The translations under genes were made by a program, and so were the position numbers. Source: an uncultured delta proteobacterium (GTDB lineage: Bacteria > Myxococcota_A > Polyangia > Fen-1088). From it: a DNA stretch of 64,000 bases. A model generated the notes under the pieces. The model was not told the origin of the DNA, ran no database searches, and saw nothing but the letters and a program-made list of their open reading frames with translations. Positions 1-8,277 of the stretch are shown piece by piece. The stretch spans positions 29,288-93,287 of the forward strand of contig CAWCMR010000018.1 of NCBI GenBank assembly GCA_963796685.1, in the 5' to 3' direction. Every line of letters starts with the position of its first letter. Positions within the stretch are counted from its first letter, which is position 1.

Positions 1-1
1 C

Positions 2-283
2 TGGCCATCGCCCGACGGCGGCGAGCGATCGGTCTGGCTCGATCTGGGCGCGGGCGCGTTCTTGGCCTTGGAGCGTGCGGAGCGGCGCGAGCCCGAAAAG
101 GCCGAGGACGCGCCCGGGATCCACCTCGTGGCCCTGCACATCGCACGCAGCGAGCGCGAGGCGTGGATCGCCAGGCTCGAGCAGGCCGGGCACCCCGTCT
201 ACCAACAGACCGCCCACACGATCTATGTGCGCGATCCCGAGGGCAACCGCATCGGGCTGTCCCACTGGCCGGAAGATCGCTGA
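2..283 (+). CDS. VOC/glyoxalase family protein (5' partial)
   Basis: Frame is open from the window edge; GIHLVAL and IYVRDPEGNRIGL are typical VOC motifs. Confidence 0.8.
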   Translation, partial: WPSPDGGERSVWLDLGAGAFLALERAERREPEKAEDAPGIHLVALHIARSEREAWIARLEQAGHPVYQQTAHTIYVRDPEGNRIGLSHWPEDR

Positions 284-298
284 TCGTTTCGCTGACCG

Positions 299-1871
299 CT
301 ACTGCGACTTGGGGCGTGTGCCCAGCCACTGGCCGAGCGAGGCGACGCGCGTCCCGGGTTCGAGCTTGTCGAACTGGGCGAGCAGCCAGTCCGCGGCGAC
401 GAGTCTCCCCTTGCCCCGGAGCAGCGCCGCGAAGGAAGGCGCGAAAGTCTCGTTCGTCGGCGCCGCAACCGCCGCGGCTCGCTGGTCTTTGTCCAAGGCC
501 GGCCCGGCCAGGATCTGCAGCTCGGGTTTCGTCGCAGTGGCCAGGGTGGCTTGAACCTTGGCCGCGTACTCGTCGCGCCGAGCGGCCAGGGCACGGGCAG
601 CCGCAAGTCGGATGCGCGGATTGTCCTTGCGTAGGAAGCGTCCAAGCATGTCGGCCGAGGCCGACCCGGACAGCTCGGCCAGCTCGGGTGCGATGGTGAC
701 GTAGACGACGGGATCTTTCTCCCTGAAGATCAGGAACAACTGCGGGAGCGCCGCCTCGCCACCAACGCGAACCAAGGCCGCCGCCGCGGCCGCGCGTACG
801 GCCACCGACTTGTCACGCAGAAGGGGCGTCAGGCGGAAGACGGCGCCCTTTCCGGCGCCCGGTCGCGCCTCGGCAAGAATGGCCGCAGCGGCAACGTTGG
901 GCTCCGGATCCTTCAGCTCGTCCTTGAGCGCGGCCCGGGCCTCGGCGCTGTCGCTGTGGCCAAGGCTCGCAAGCGCCAGCGTCCGCTCCTCGCGCCCGGC
1001 GGAGCGGTTCTTGGCCGTGGCAATGACGAGCTCCAGGCACTCGCCGTCCGTGCCCTCGCCAAGCGCCCACAAGAAACGTTCGCGCGCCTCGCCGGATTTG
1101 CCCTTGTTGAGATAGTCCTTGATGAGCGGACAGATGGGGATCTTCAGGGCCGCGAGCCCGTGCACCACGCCGAAGGTCGGCTCTTTCGCGGCCGCCTGGC
1201 GCAGCCGCTCGGCCCCGCGGTCGTCACCCGCGACGGCGTTGGCCGCGGCGACGTCCACGGCCAGGAGCTTGTCGTTCTCCATGCCGTCGAGCCACGCGCG
1301 CGCGAAAACGTCCATTCCGGCCAGGCGGTCCTGGTCGTCCGTCTTCTTCGAGCCGGGCAACCGCGGCGTCATCCCGCTTCTGGGCTACCATGGCCTTCAG
1401 CGCATCGGCCAACGGCAGCTCGCGATGGGCGAGGGCCAGCCCCGAACAACGGCGGTCGTTGCGGGCGAAGGTCCAGCGCAAATGGACCTTGCCGTCGTCG
1501 GACAGGACGTCTCCCGGCGCGCTAGCGAATGGGCCGGATGCCTTGACGACATCCACGGCCGAAGCATCGAATTCGGCGGCCCCCGATGCTTTCGCGACCC
1601 GAACGTCGAGCAGCTTGCCCTGGGCCGAGAGAACGAGCTCCAGATCCGCGGCCCGAGACATCACGTTGATGGGGTGGTCCTTGGGCAACTGGGTCGCCGC
1701 CATGGCCAGAAAGTTGTCGGTCCACAGGCGGTGCACCTTCGTGTGCAGCTCGCGCAGGTAGGGCAGGGCGCTTCCCTCGCCCTGCACGGCCGGCTCGTCG
1801 CCCGCGCGGACGACCGCTGGTGCGAGGAGCAATCCGAAAATGGCCCAAACCACGGTCGCGCGCTTCGACAT
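299..1871 (-). CDS. Secreted TonB C-terminal domain + HEAT-repeat protein, split by a +1 frameshift at ~1347
   Basis: ORF 1224-1931 has a signal peptide and a TonB-C motif (VRVAKASGAAEFDASAVDVV). ORF 299-1372 has HEAT repeats. Removing one T at 1347/8 (CTTCGAG->CTCGAG) joins them as ..ARLEKTDDQDRL.., 523 aa from ATG 1871. Confidence 0.75.
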
Positions 1872-1925
1872 CGAGATCTCCCGAGGGGAAATGAGACATC
1901 TACTATAACGCAGGTGGGATGAACT

Positions 1926-2035
1926 CACCACAGAGGCACGGAGAGCACAGAGGGCGGATAAGAAAAGGGTCCGGATCGTGCGGATCCGAACCCCTTCCTT
2001 CTTGTCCGACTCTGCGACTCTGCGTCTCTGTGGTG
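1926..2035. repeat. Palindromic REP/MITE-like element, family A copy 1
   Basis: Terminal IR CACCACAGAG/CTCTGTGGTG, roughly 9-nt periodic CAGAG arms and an inner hairpin GGGTCCGGATC..GATCCGAACCC. Confidence 0.8.
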
Positions 2036-2039
2036 CGTC

Positions 2040-4160
2040 CTAGCCGGCGGCGCGCTTGGATCCGCCGGCGTCCTTTTCTTTCTTGGTGCGGAACTCGAGG
2101 ATCATGGCCTCGCGCTGCTGCTTGGGGAGCTCGGCGTAGCGCTTGAACTCCATGCTGAACTCGCCCTTGCCTTGGGTGGCCGAGCGCAGATCGGTCGAGT
2201 AGCCGAACATGTCCGCCAGGGGCACCTCGGCCATGGCCTGCACGTAGGTCTCGTGCTTCTCCGTCGACATGATGGCGCCACGGCGCTGGTTGAGCTGGCC
2301 GATGACCGCGCCCTGGAACTCCTCGGGGAACTGCACTTCGACCAGCATCATGGGCTCGAGGATCGTGGGCTTGGCCTTGTTGTAGGCCTCGCGGAAGCCC
2401 ATGAGGGCGGCCGTGCGGAAGGCGATTTCCGACGAGTCCACGGGGTGCGAATTGCCGTCGTTGACCGCGCAGCGAACGCCCACGATGGGGAAGCCGATGA
2501 GCGGGCCCTTGCGCATGGCCTCTTGGAAGCCCTTGTCGCAGGCCGGGATGAACTCGCGCGGGATGGCGCCACCCTTGATCTCGTCGAGGAACTCGTAGCC
2601 CGTGGGGTGGTCCATGGGCAAGGGCTCGATGTAGCCGGCCACCTTGCCGTACTGGCCCGAGCCGCCGGTCTGCTTGCGGTGGGTGTAGCTGTACTCGCCG
2701 CGCTGGACGATGGTCTCGCGGTACTTGACCTGGGGACGGCCGGGAATGACCACGCAGTTGTACTCGCGCTTCATGCGCTCGATGTAGATTTCGAGGTGAA
2801 GCTCGCCCATGCCGCTGATGATGGTCTGGCCCGATTCCTCGTCACGGTGCACGCGGAAGGTCGGGTCTTCCTTGGTGAAGCGGTTGAGCGCCTTCGAGAA
2901 GTTGGTGGCCGTGGTCTTGTCCTTCGGCTCGACGGCGAGCGAGATGACCGCGTCCGGCACGTGCATGGAGGTCAGGGTGTAGTTGACCTTGCCGTCGGTG
3001 AAGGTGTCACCCGAGGCGCAGTCCACGCCGAACAGGGCCACGATGTCGCCGGCCTCGGCGGAGTCGATGTCTTCCATCTCGTCGGCGTGCATGCGCACGA
3101 GACGCGGCACCTTGATCTTCTTGAGGTTGGACGAGCAGTTGACGATGAAGTCGCCCTTGCTCACCTTGCCCTGGTAGATGCGCATGTAGGTCAGTTGGCC
3201 ATAGCGCCCGTCTTCGAGCTTGAAGGCCAGGCCCACGAAGGGCTTGCTGGCGTCGGAGACCAGGATGACCGGCTCTTCATGGTTGTTCTGATCGAGGGCC
3301 TTGTTTTCGACCTCGAAGGGATTGGGCAAAAAGGCGTTGACGCCGTCGAGCAGAAGCTGCACGCCCTTGTTCTTGTAGGCCGAGCCGATGAAGACCGGCG
3401 TGGCTTTGAAGGCAACCGTGGCGCGGCGAATGGCCGGGACCAAGTCCTCGGGCGTGATGGGTATCTCGGCCAGGAACTTTTCGGCCAGGATGTCGTCGAC
3501 GTCGGCGATGGCTTCGATCATGCGCGTGTGGGCCGCCTTGGCCGTCTCGAGGAGATCGGCCGGGATCTCGGCTTCGCGCAGATCTTCACCGCTGTCGCCC
3601 TCGAAGTAGATGGCCTTCATCTTGATGAGATCCACCACGCCCTCGAAGCGATCCTCGGCGCCGATCTGGATCTGGAGAGAGATGGGGCGTAGGGCCAGCT
3701 TGTCCTTGAGCTGCGCGGTCACGCGCTCGGCGTTGGCGCCCGCGCGGTCCAGCTTGTTGATGAAGGCCAGGCGCGGCACCTTGTACCGGCGCATCTGGCG
3801 GTCCACGGTGTACGACTGCGACTGCACGCCGGCGACGCCGCAAAGCACCAGCACCGCGCCATCGAGTACGCGCAGGGCGCGCTCGACCTCGATGGTGAAG
3901 TCCACGTGCCCCGGCGTGTCGATCAGGTTGATGGCATGGCCATTCCATTCCGCGCTGGTGGCCGCGGACTGGATGGTGATGCCCTTCTCGCGCTCGAGAT
4001 CCATGAAGTCCATGGTCGCCCCGACCCCCGACTTGCCCTTGACCTCTTCGATTTTGTGGATCTTCCCCGTGTAGTAGAGGATGCGCTCGGACAGCGTGGT
4101 CTTGCCCGAGTCGATGTGAGCGGAGATTCCAATGTTTCTGACCTTCTCGATGGACGCCAT
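2040..4160 (-). CDS. fusA: Elongation factor G, stand-alone (spd/mtEF-G1-like)
   Basis: [43 protein letters not shown] and [13 protein letters not shown] motifs; 706 aa. Confidence 0.97.
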   Translation of the reverse strand: MASIEKVRNIGISAHIDSGKTTLSERILYYTGKIHKIEEVKGKSGVGATMDFMDLEREKGITIQSAATSAEWNGHAINLIDTPGHVDFTIEVERALRVLDGAVLVLCGVAGVQSQSYTVDRQMRRYKVPRLAFINKLDRAGANAERVTAQLKDKLALRPISLQIQIGAEDRFEGVVDLIKMKAIYFEGDSGEDLREAEIPADLLETAKAAHTRMIEAIADVDDILAEKFLAEIPITPEDLVPAIRRATVAFKATPVFIGSAYKNKGVQLLLDGVNAFLPNPFEVENKALDQNNHEEPVILVSDASKPFVGLAFKLEDGRYGQLTYMRIYQGKVSKGDFIVNCSSNLKKIKVPRLVRMHADEMEDIDSAEAGDIVALFGVDCASGDTFTDGKVNYTLTSMHVPDAVISLAVEPKDKTTATNFSKALNRFTKEDPTFRVHRDEESGQTIISGMGELHLEIYIERMKREYNCVVIPGRPQVKYRETIVQRGEYSYTHRKQTGGSGQYGKVAGYIEPLPMDHPTGYEFLDEIKGGAIPREFIPACDKGFQEAMRKGPLIGFPIVGVRCAVNDGNSHPVDSSEIAFRTAALMGFREAYNKAKPTILEPMMLVEVQFPEEFQGAVIGQLNQRRGAIMSTEKHETYVQAMAEVPLADMFGYSTDLRSATQGKGEFSMEFKRYAELPKQQREAMILEFRTKKEKDAGGSKRAAG

Positions 4161-4328
4161 TACTTCCTAACCTGTTCTTTCTTGAGTTGGCCCACCCCGG
4201 GCCAAGGGACCTTGCTAAAGGCGCGGCAGTTTAGCGAGCAGCGCCCCAAAAGCTAGATAAATTTCTTCGTCAGGTGCGCTACTTTTCTGCAACCCCACGC
4301 AATCGCCAAGGCCCGGAACCGATAATTT

Positions 4329-4498
4329 TCTAAGGAAGCCAGGAAAGCAGGAAAAGAGAGAACAAGCGGGATAACCGGCAGTGTCATCGGCGCTTCACCG
4401 GCTGGACCCGTCGGTGGCTTCGGTCAACGCTCGAAATCAAGCGCGTCATTGCCTTCCAACGGCCCTACCCCCATTCCTGGATTCCTGGCTTCCTTAGA
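4329..4498. mobile_element. MITE-like element with 17-bp terminal IR enclosing a probable GxxExxY gene remnant
   Basis: TCTAAGGAAGCCAGGAA (4329-4345) and TTCCTGGCTTCCTTAGA (4482-4498). The interior encodes ITGSVIGA (4371) and, in another frame, TLEIKRVIA (4427-4453). Confidence 0.65.
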
Positions 4499-4554
4499 GG
4501 TTAAGCACCCTACGTCGTCTCTGCCGTTGCATTTTCGCCGGCAAGTCGCGTCTA

Positions 4555-5514
4555 ATGCCCGGCGTGCCAGCGAAATCCGATCTGTTTGACAAGGGTTCCT
4601 CCCAGCTCCACCTGAATATTGCCACGGACAAGTCTCTCACGAGAAAACAGGAGGTCGAGACTCCTTATTCGCGACCGTTCTTGAAATGGGCGGGTGGCAA
4701 GACCCAGCTCTTGCCGCAGCTGGCGCGTTTCTATCCGCCGAGGGGTAGCGTCAAGCGTTACATCGAACCCTTCCTTGGGAGTGGCGCGGTGTTCTTCCAC
4801 TTCAAGGCCCTGGTCGAACCCAAGGCCGCCATCCTGTGGGACAACAACCGCGAGCTCGTCGAGACCTTCCAGGCCGTGCGCGACGACGTGGAACAGGTGA
4901 TCAAGCTACTCAAGAAGTACCAGAAGCGGCACAGCAAGGATTTCTTCCTGGCCATGCGCGAGAAGGCCCCGCTTTCCATCGCCACCAAGGCCGCGCGCCT
5001 CATCTACCTGAACAAGACCTGTTTCAACGGGCTCTACCGCGTGAACAGCCGCGGCGTCTTCAACGTTCCGTTCGGCAGGTACGCCAATCCCGGCATCTTC
5101 AACGAGAACGGGTTGCGCAGGACCTCCGAGCTGTTGCGCGGCGCACGGATCGAGGCCGAGGACTTCAGGTTCCTCAAGGTCGAGGCCAGGAAAAACGACT
5201 TCATCTACTTCGACCCTCCCTACCATCCGCGCTCGAAGACGTCCTTCTTTACGGCCTACACGCGGGATCTGTTCGGCGAGACGCATCAGCGGAAACTGGC
5301 GGAGCTCTATCGCGCGCTGGACAAGAAGGGCTGTTTGCTGATGCTGTCGAACAGCGATACGCCGCTCATTCGCGAGCTGTACAAGGATTTCGACATCCGC
5401 GAGGTCTCCGCCCGGCGAAACATCAACTCGAAGGCGGATCGGCGCGGTTCGATCTGCGAGCTGGTGGTGCTGAACGCGAAGCTGGTGCAAGCTTCCAGCC
5501 GTGGGCGAGCGTAA
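4555..5514 (+). CDS. dam: Dam/D12-class DNA adenine methyltransferase (orphan)
   Basis: PFLKWAGGK, EPFLGSGAVF, YLNKTCFNGLYRVN, FNVPFG and DPPY motifs. Confidence 0.92.
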   Translation: MPGVPAKSDLFDKGSSQLHLNIATDKSLTRKQEVETPYSRPFLKWAGGKTQLLPQLARFYPPRGSVKRYIEPFLGSGAVFFHFKALVEPKAAILWDNNRELVETFQAVRDDVEQVIKLLKKYQKRHSKDFFLAMREKAPLSIATKAARLIYLNKTCFNGLYRVNSRGVFNVPFGRYANPGIFNENGLRRTSELLRGARIEAEDFRFLKVEARKNDFIYFDPPYHPRSKTSFFTAYTRDLFGETHQRKLAELYRALDKKGCLLMLSNSDTPLIRELYKDFDIREVSARRNINSKADRRGSICELVVLNAKLVQASSRGRA

Positions 5515-6052
5515 CATCCACCACGGCGACGGAGGCGAGACCCAGCTTGGCAGCGGGCAGCGGGTGCGCAAGGACGACCTGCGCATCGAGTGCGTGGGCT
5601 GCGTGGACGAGCTGTCGTCCTTCCTCGGGCTGGCGCGCGCCGGCTTGGAGTCGCAGGTGCAGGCTGCGGGAACGGCGGCCATGATCGCGACCTTGCGGCG
5701 GATCCAGCACCAGCTCTATGAGCTGGGGGCGGAGTTGGCGAGGCGAGGGGGCGAAGGGGAAGCCAGAATGACCGCCGACCACGTGGCGACGCTGGATCGC
5801 GAGATCGCCACCATAGACGCCGGGTTGCCCAAGCTGCGCGCGTTCATTCTTCCTGGCGGCGGCCTGGTTGCGTCCCATCTGCACGTGGCGCGCGCGGTTT
5901 GCCGCCGGGCCGAACGCCAGGCCGTGCGCCTGGCCGCCGATGAAAGTCTGGGCGCCCAGGTCGTTCCCTTTCTGAACCGACTCTCGCTTCTGCTGTTCTC
6001 GCTGGCGCGCCAGGCGGCGCATCTCCTTGGCGCAGGCGACGACCCGGCCTAG
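5501..6052 (+). CDS. Cob(I)alamin adenosyltransferase, PduO type
   Basis: GDGGET, G-VDEL-S-LG, FILPGG, HVARAVCRRAER and LNRLS motifs. Confidence 0.9.
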   Translation: MGERNIHHGDGGETQLGSGQRVRKDDLRIECVGCVDELSSFLGLARAGLESQVQAAGTAAMIATLRRIQHQLYELGAELARRGGEGEARMTADHVATLDREIATIDAGLPKLRAFILPGGGLVASHLHVARAVCRRAERQAVRLAADESLGAQVVPFLNRLSLLLFSLARQAAHLLGAGDDPA

Positions 6053-6058
6053 TTGCGT

Positions 6059-8113
6059 CTATTTTTCCTGCCCGCGCAGGCTTTTCGCGCGCGTCAGGGC
6101 TTCGCGCACCTCGGGCTCTTGCGGCGCCAGGGACTGGGCCTTTTCGAAGACCGCGATGGCCCCGTCGAGCTTGCCGCTGTCCATGAGAGCCTTTCCCAGG
6201 TGGAAAAGCAGGGGCACCTCGTTGGGCCCGAAGCGCAGCGCCGAATGGTATTCCTCGATGGCTTCACGGTAGCGCTTCTGGCTGGCCAGCGCATCGGCCA
6301 GGTTGGCGTGCGCAAAGAGCTGGGCGTCCTGGAGTCGGATGGATTCGCGGTATTGCGCGACGCCTTCCTCGACCCGGCCCTGCGACACCAGCCCGAGTCC
6401 CAGGTTGTTGCGAATGTCGGAAGCGTCCGGTTTCAGGCGCACACCCTGGGCGAAATGGAGAGTTGCCCCGCGGATGTCGTTGCGTTCGAGCAGGGCCGCG
6501 CCCAATCGGGTTTGCGCTTGCCACGCGTCGGGATTCTTCGCCACGTTGTCCGTCCACAGGGTGTACTCGCTTCGGTAGTCCATGGCGCGCGCGAAGGTCA
6601 TGGCGGCGAATCCGGCTACCAACGCGACCGCGAGGCCCGCGACCAGTCGGCGGCCGTTCCGGGCGGCCTTGCGCCATAGCAGCGTGCCTGCGGCGCAAGC
6701 CAGCGCGATGATGCCGATGTCGGCGAGGTATTGAAAATGGTCCGCGACCCAGGCGGCTCGCATGTACGACATCTCGAGCAAGCCGACGACCAGCAGCAAG
6801 GCGACGAGAAAGTAGGTGAACGCGAAGAACGCCGCACGGCCGCGCCCTTGGCGATGCTTGGCGATCCACGCGTACAGCGCGATCATTCCGAGGCCTGGAA
6901 TGAAGTCGTACCAGACCGGCGGCGTCACACGCCAGCGCGGGTAGATGGTGACGAGCGGCCAGGTGGTCAGCTTGCCGCGCGGCCAAGCCGGCGCCGGGTT
7001 CGCGGGACGCGTGCCGGCTAGAAAAGCCTGGGCCTCGGGCTCGGTTTCGATGGGGCGCTCGGGCATCTCGTACCAGACGATGGTGGGCGAGATGGACTTG
7101 AAGAGGTACCACCAGGTCGCCTTGCCCGCGTTGGCCACTCTCGACGCGGCGCCACCGATGGGAAGCTGGTATTCACCGATGGCGCGGCCGAGCTGGAACG
7201 ACACCGTGATGGCGCCGAGCAGAACGGCCACTTGAAAGAACGCCAGGGTGCGCGGGATGCGTTGGGGGCGCAGAAATTTGCGCGCCCAGAAGCTCGCGAA
7301 GATTCCCGCCGAGCCGGCAGCGAGACACAGGACCGCCACCAGCCAGGATCCGCGTGCGACGATGCCGGCCAGGATGACGAGCGCGCCCACGAGCATGTTG
7401 AGCGGCCCCAGCCAACGCTGTTCGCGTCGGGCTTCCGCGGGGGCGGGCTCCGGGCGCCGTTGCCACCACGTGGTCAGCAGCAGCACGACGGGCAGGACGA
7501 CGACGGTGGTCTTGCACAGCAGGGCGCAGACGAAGAGCAGCAGCGAAGCGACGTAGCTGCGCCCGCGCTGTCCTCGTTCGTAGCCAAACCAAGCCAGCAA
7601 GGAGAGCAAGGCGAACAGCAGGGAGAGCGTATTTTTGCACTCCGAAACCCAGGCTACCGATTCCACGTGCGTGGGATGGACCAGAAAGACCAGGCCCGCC
7701 CACAGCGCGCCGGGGATCGATAGGCGGCGCAGCACGCGCCATAGCAGTGCGGCATTCACCGCGTGCACGGCGACGTTGAGAATGTGATACGGCGGCGTAC
7801 GCCCGCCGAACAGTTGATACACCAGCCACAGCACGGTGGATTTGAGCGGGAAGTAGTCCGGGTCGCTATGCCCGGCCCAGATGTCCACGAGCCCGTGCCA
7901 GGATCGCAGGGCGAGATTGTTGGTGATGGCCCGGCCGTCGTCCCAGATGAAACCCGCCGTCAGGATCGGCGCGTAGACGACGAACGCCAGCGCCATGAAG
8001 AGAAGAATCGCGCTGCCCTCGCCGCCTGCCACCTCTCGTTCCGGTTGCGTTGGCACCGGTGCGCCCGTCAGGTGTCGCTTGCTGACGTGTCTTTGACCGG
8101 CTGCCTGGGCCAC
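6059..8113 (-). CDS. TMTC-like multi-TM GT-C glycosyltransferase with C-terminal TPRs
   Basis: GFIWDD loop, YH-NV-H, HPTHVESVAWVS, ADHFQYL, about 12 hydrophobic segments and terminal TPRs. Confidence 0.8.
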   Translation of the reverse strand: MAQAAGQRHVSKRHLTGAPVPTQPEREVAGGEGSAILLFMALAFVVYAPILTAGFIWDDGRAITNNLALRSWHGLVDIWAGHSDPDYFPLKSTVLWLVYQLFGGRTPPYHILNVAVHAVNAALLWRVLRRLSIPGALWAGLVFLVHPTHVESVAWVSECKNTLSLLFALLSLLAWFGYERGQRGRSYVASLLLFVCALLCKTTVVVLPVVLLLTTWWQRRPEPAPAEARREQRWLGPLNMLVGALVILAGIVARGSWLVAVLCLAAGSAGIFASFWARKFLRPQRIPRTLAFFQVAVLLGAITVSFQLGRAIGEYQLPIGGAASRVANAGKATWWYLFKSISPTIVWYEMPERPIETEPEAQAFLAGTRPANPAPAWPRGKLTTWPLVTIYPRWRVTPPVWYDFIPGLGMIALYAWIAKHRQGRGRAAFFAFTYFLVALLLVVGLLEMSYMRAAWVADHFQYLADIGIIALACAAGTLLWRKAARNGRRLVAGLAVALVAGFAAMTFARAMDYRSEYTLWTDNVAKNPDAWQAQTRLGAALLERNDIRGATLHFAQGVRLKPDASDIRNNLGLGLVSQGRVEEGVAQYRESIRLQDAQLFAHANLADALASQKRYREAIEEYHSALRFGPNEVPLLFHLGKALMDSGKLDGAIAVFEKAQSLAPQEPEVREALTRAKSLRGQEK

Positions 8114-8152
8114 GCGCGCAGTCTACTTGGTCGCGTCTTGGACGAGAAGGGC

Positions 8153-8232
8153 GGCCCAAGATCCGTGTGGCCCAAGATCTGAAAACCCTTTCTTTTCCGG
8201 CCTCTGCGTTCCCTGCACTCTCTGCGCTCTCT
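8153..8232. repeat. Partial (right-arm) copy of family A repeat
   Basis: GATCTGAAAACCCTTTCTTT followed by CTCTGCG..CTCTGCG resembles the right arm of 1926-2035; GGCCCAAGATC occurs twice in tandem. Confidence 0.5.
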
Positions 8233-8277
8233 TCTTCCCTGGGTTTTCGTCGCTTCGGTGGTATACGAGGCCGCTTC

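Noticed and set aside
2172-3692. Long antisense or alternate-frame ORFs (also 8317-9969, 14785-16632, 33500-36088, 49640-51976)
   Set aside because: Shadow ORFs typical of high-GC DNA; they overlap well-supported genes and carry no motifs.
5501-5540. Alternative frame ASVTSTT resembles the PduO N-terminal consensus better than MGERNIHH
   Set aside because: It needs two compensating indels and would remove the dam stop; unsupported.
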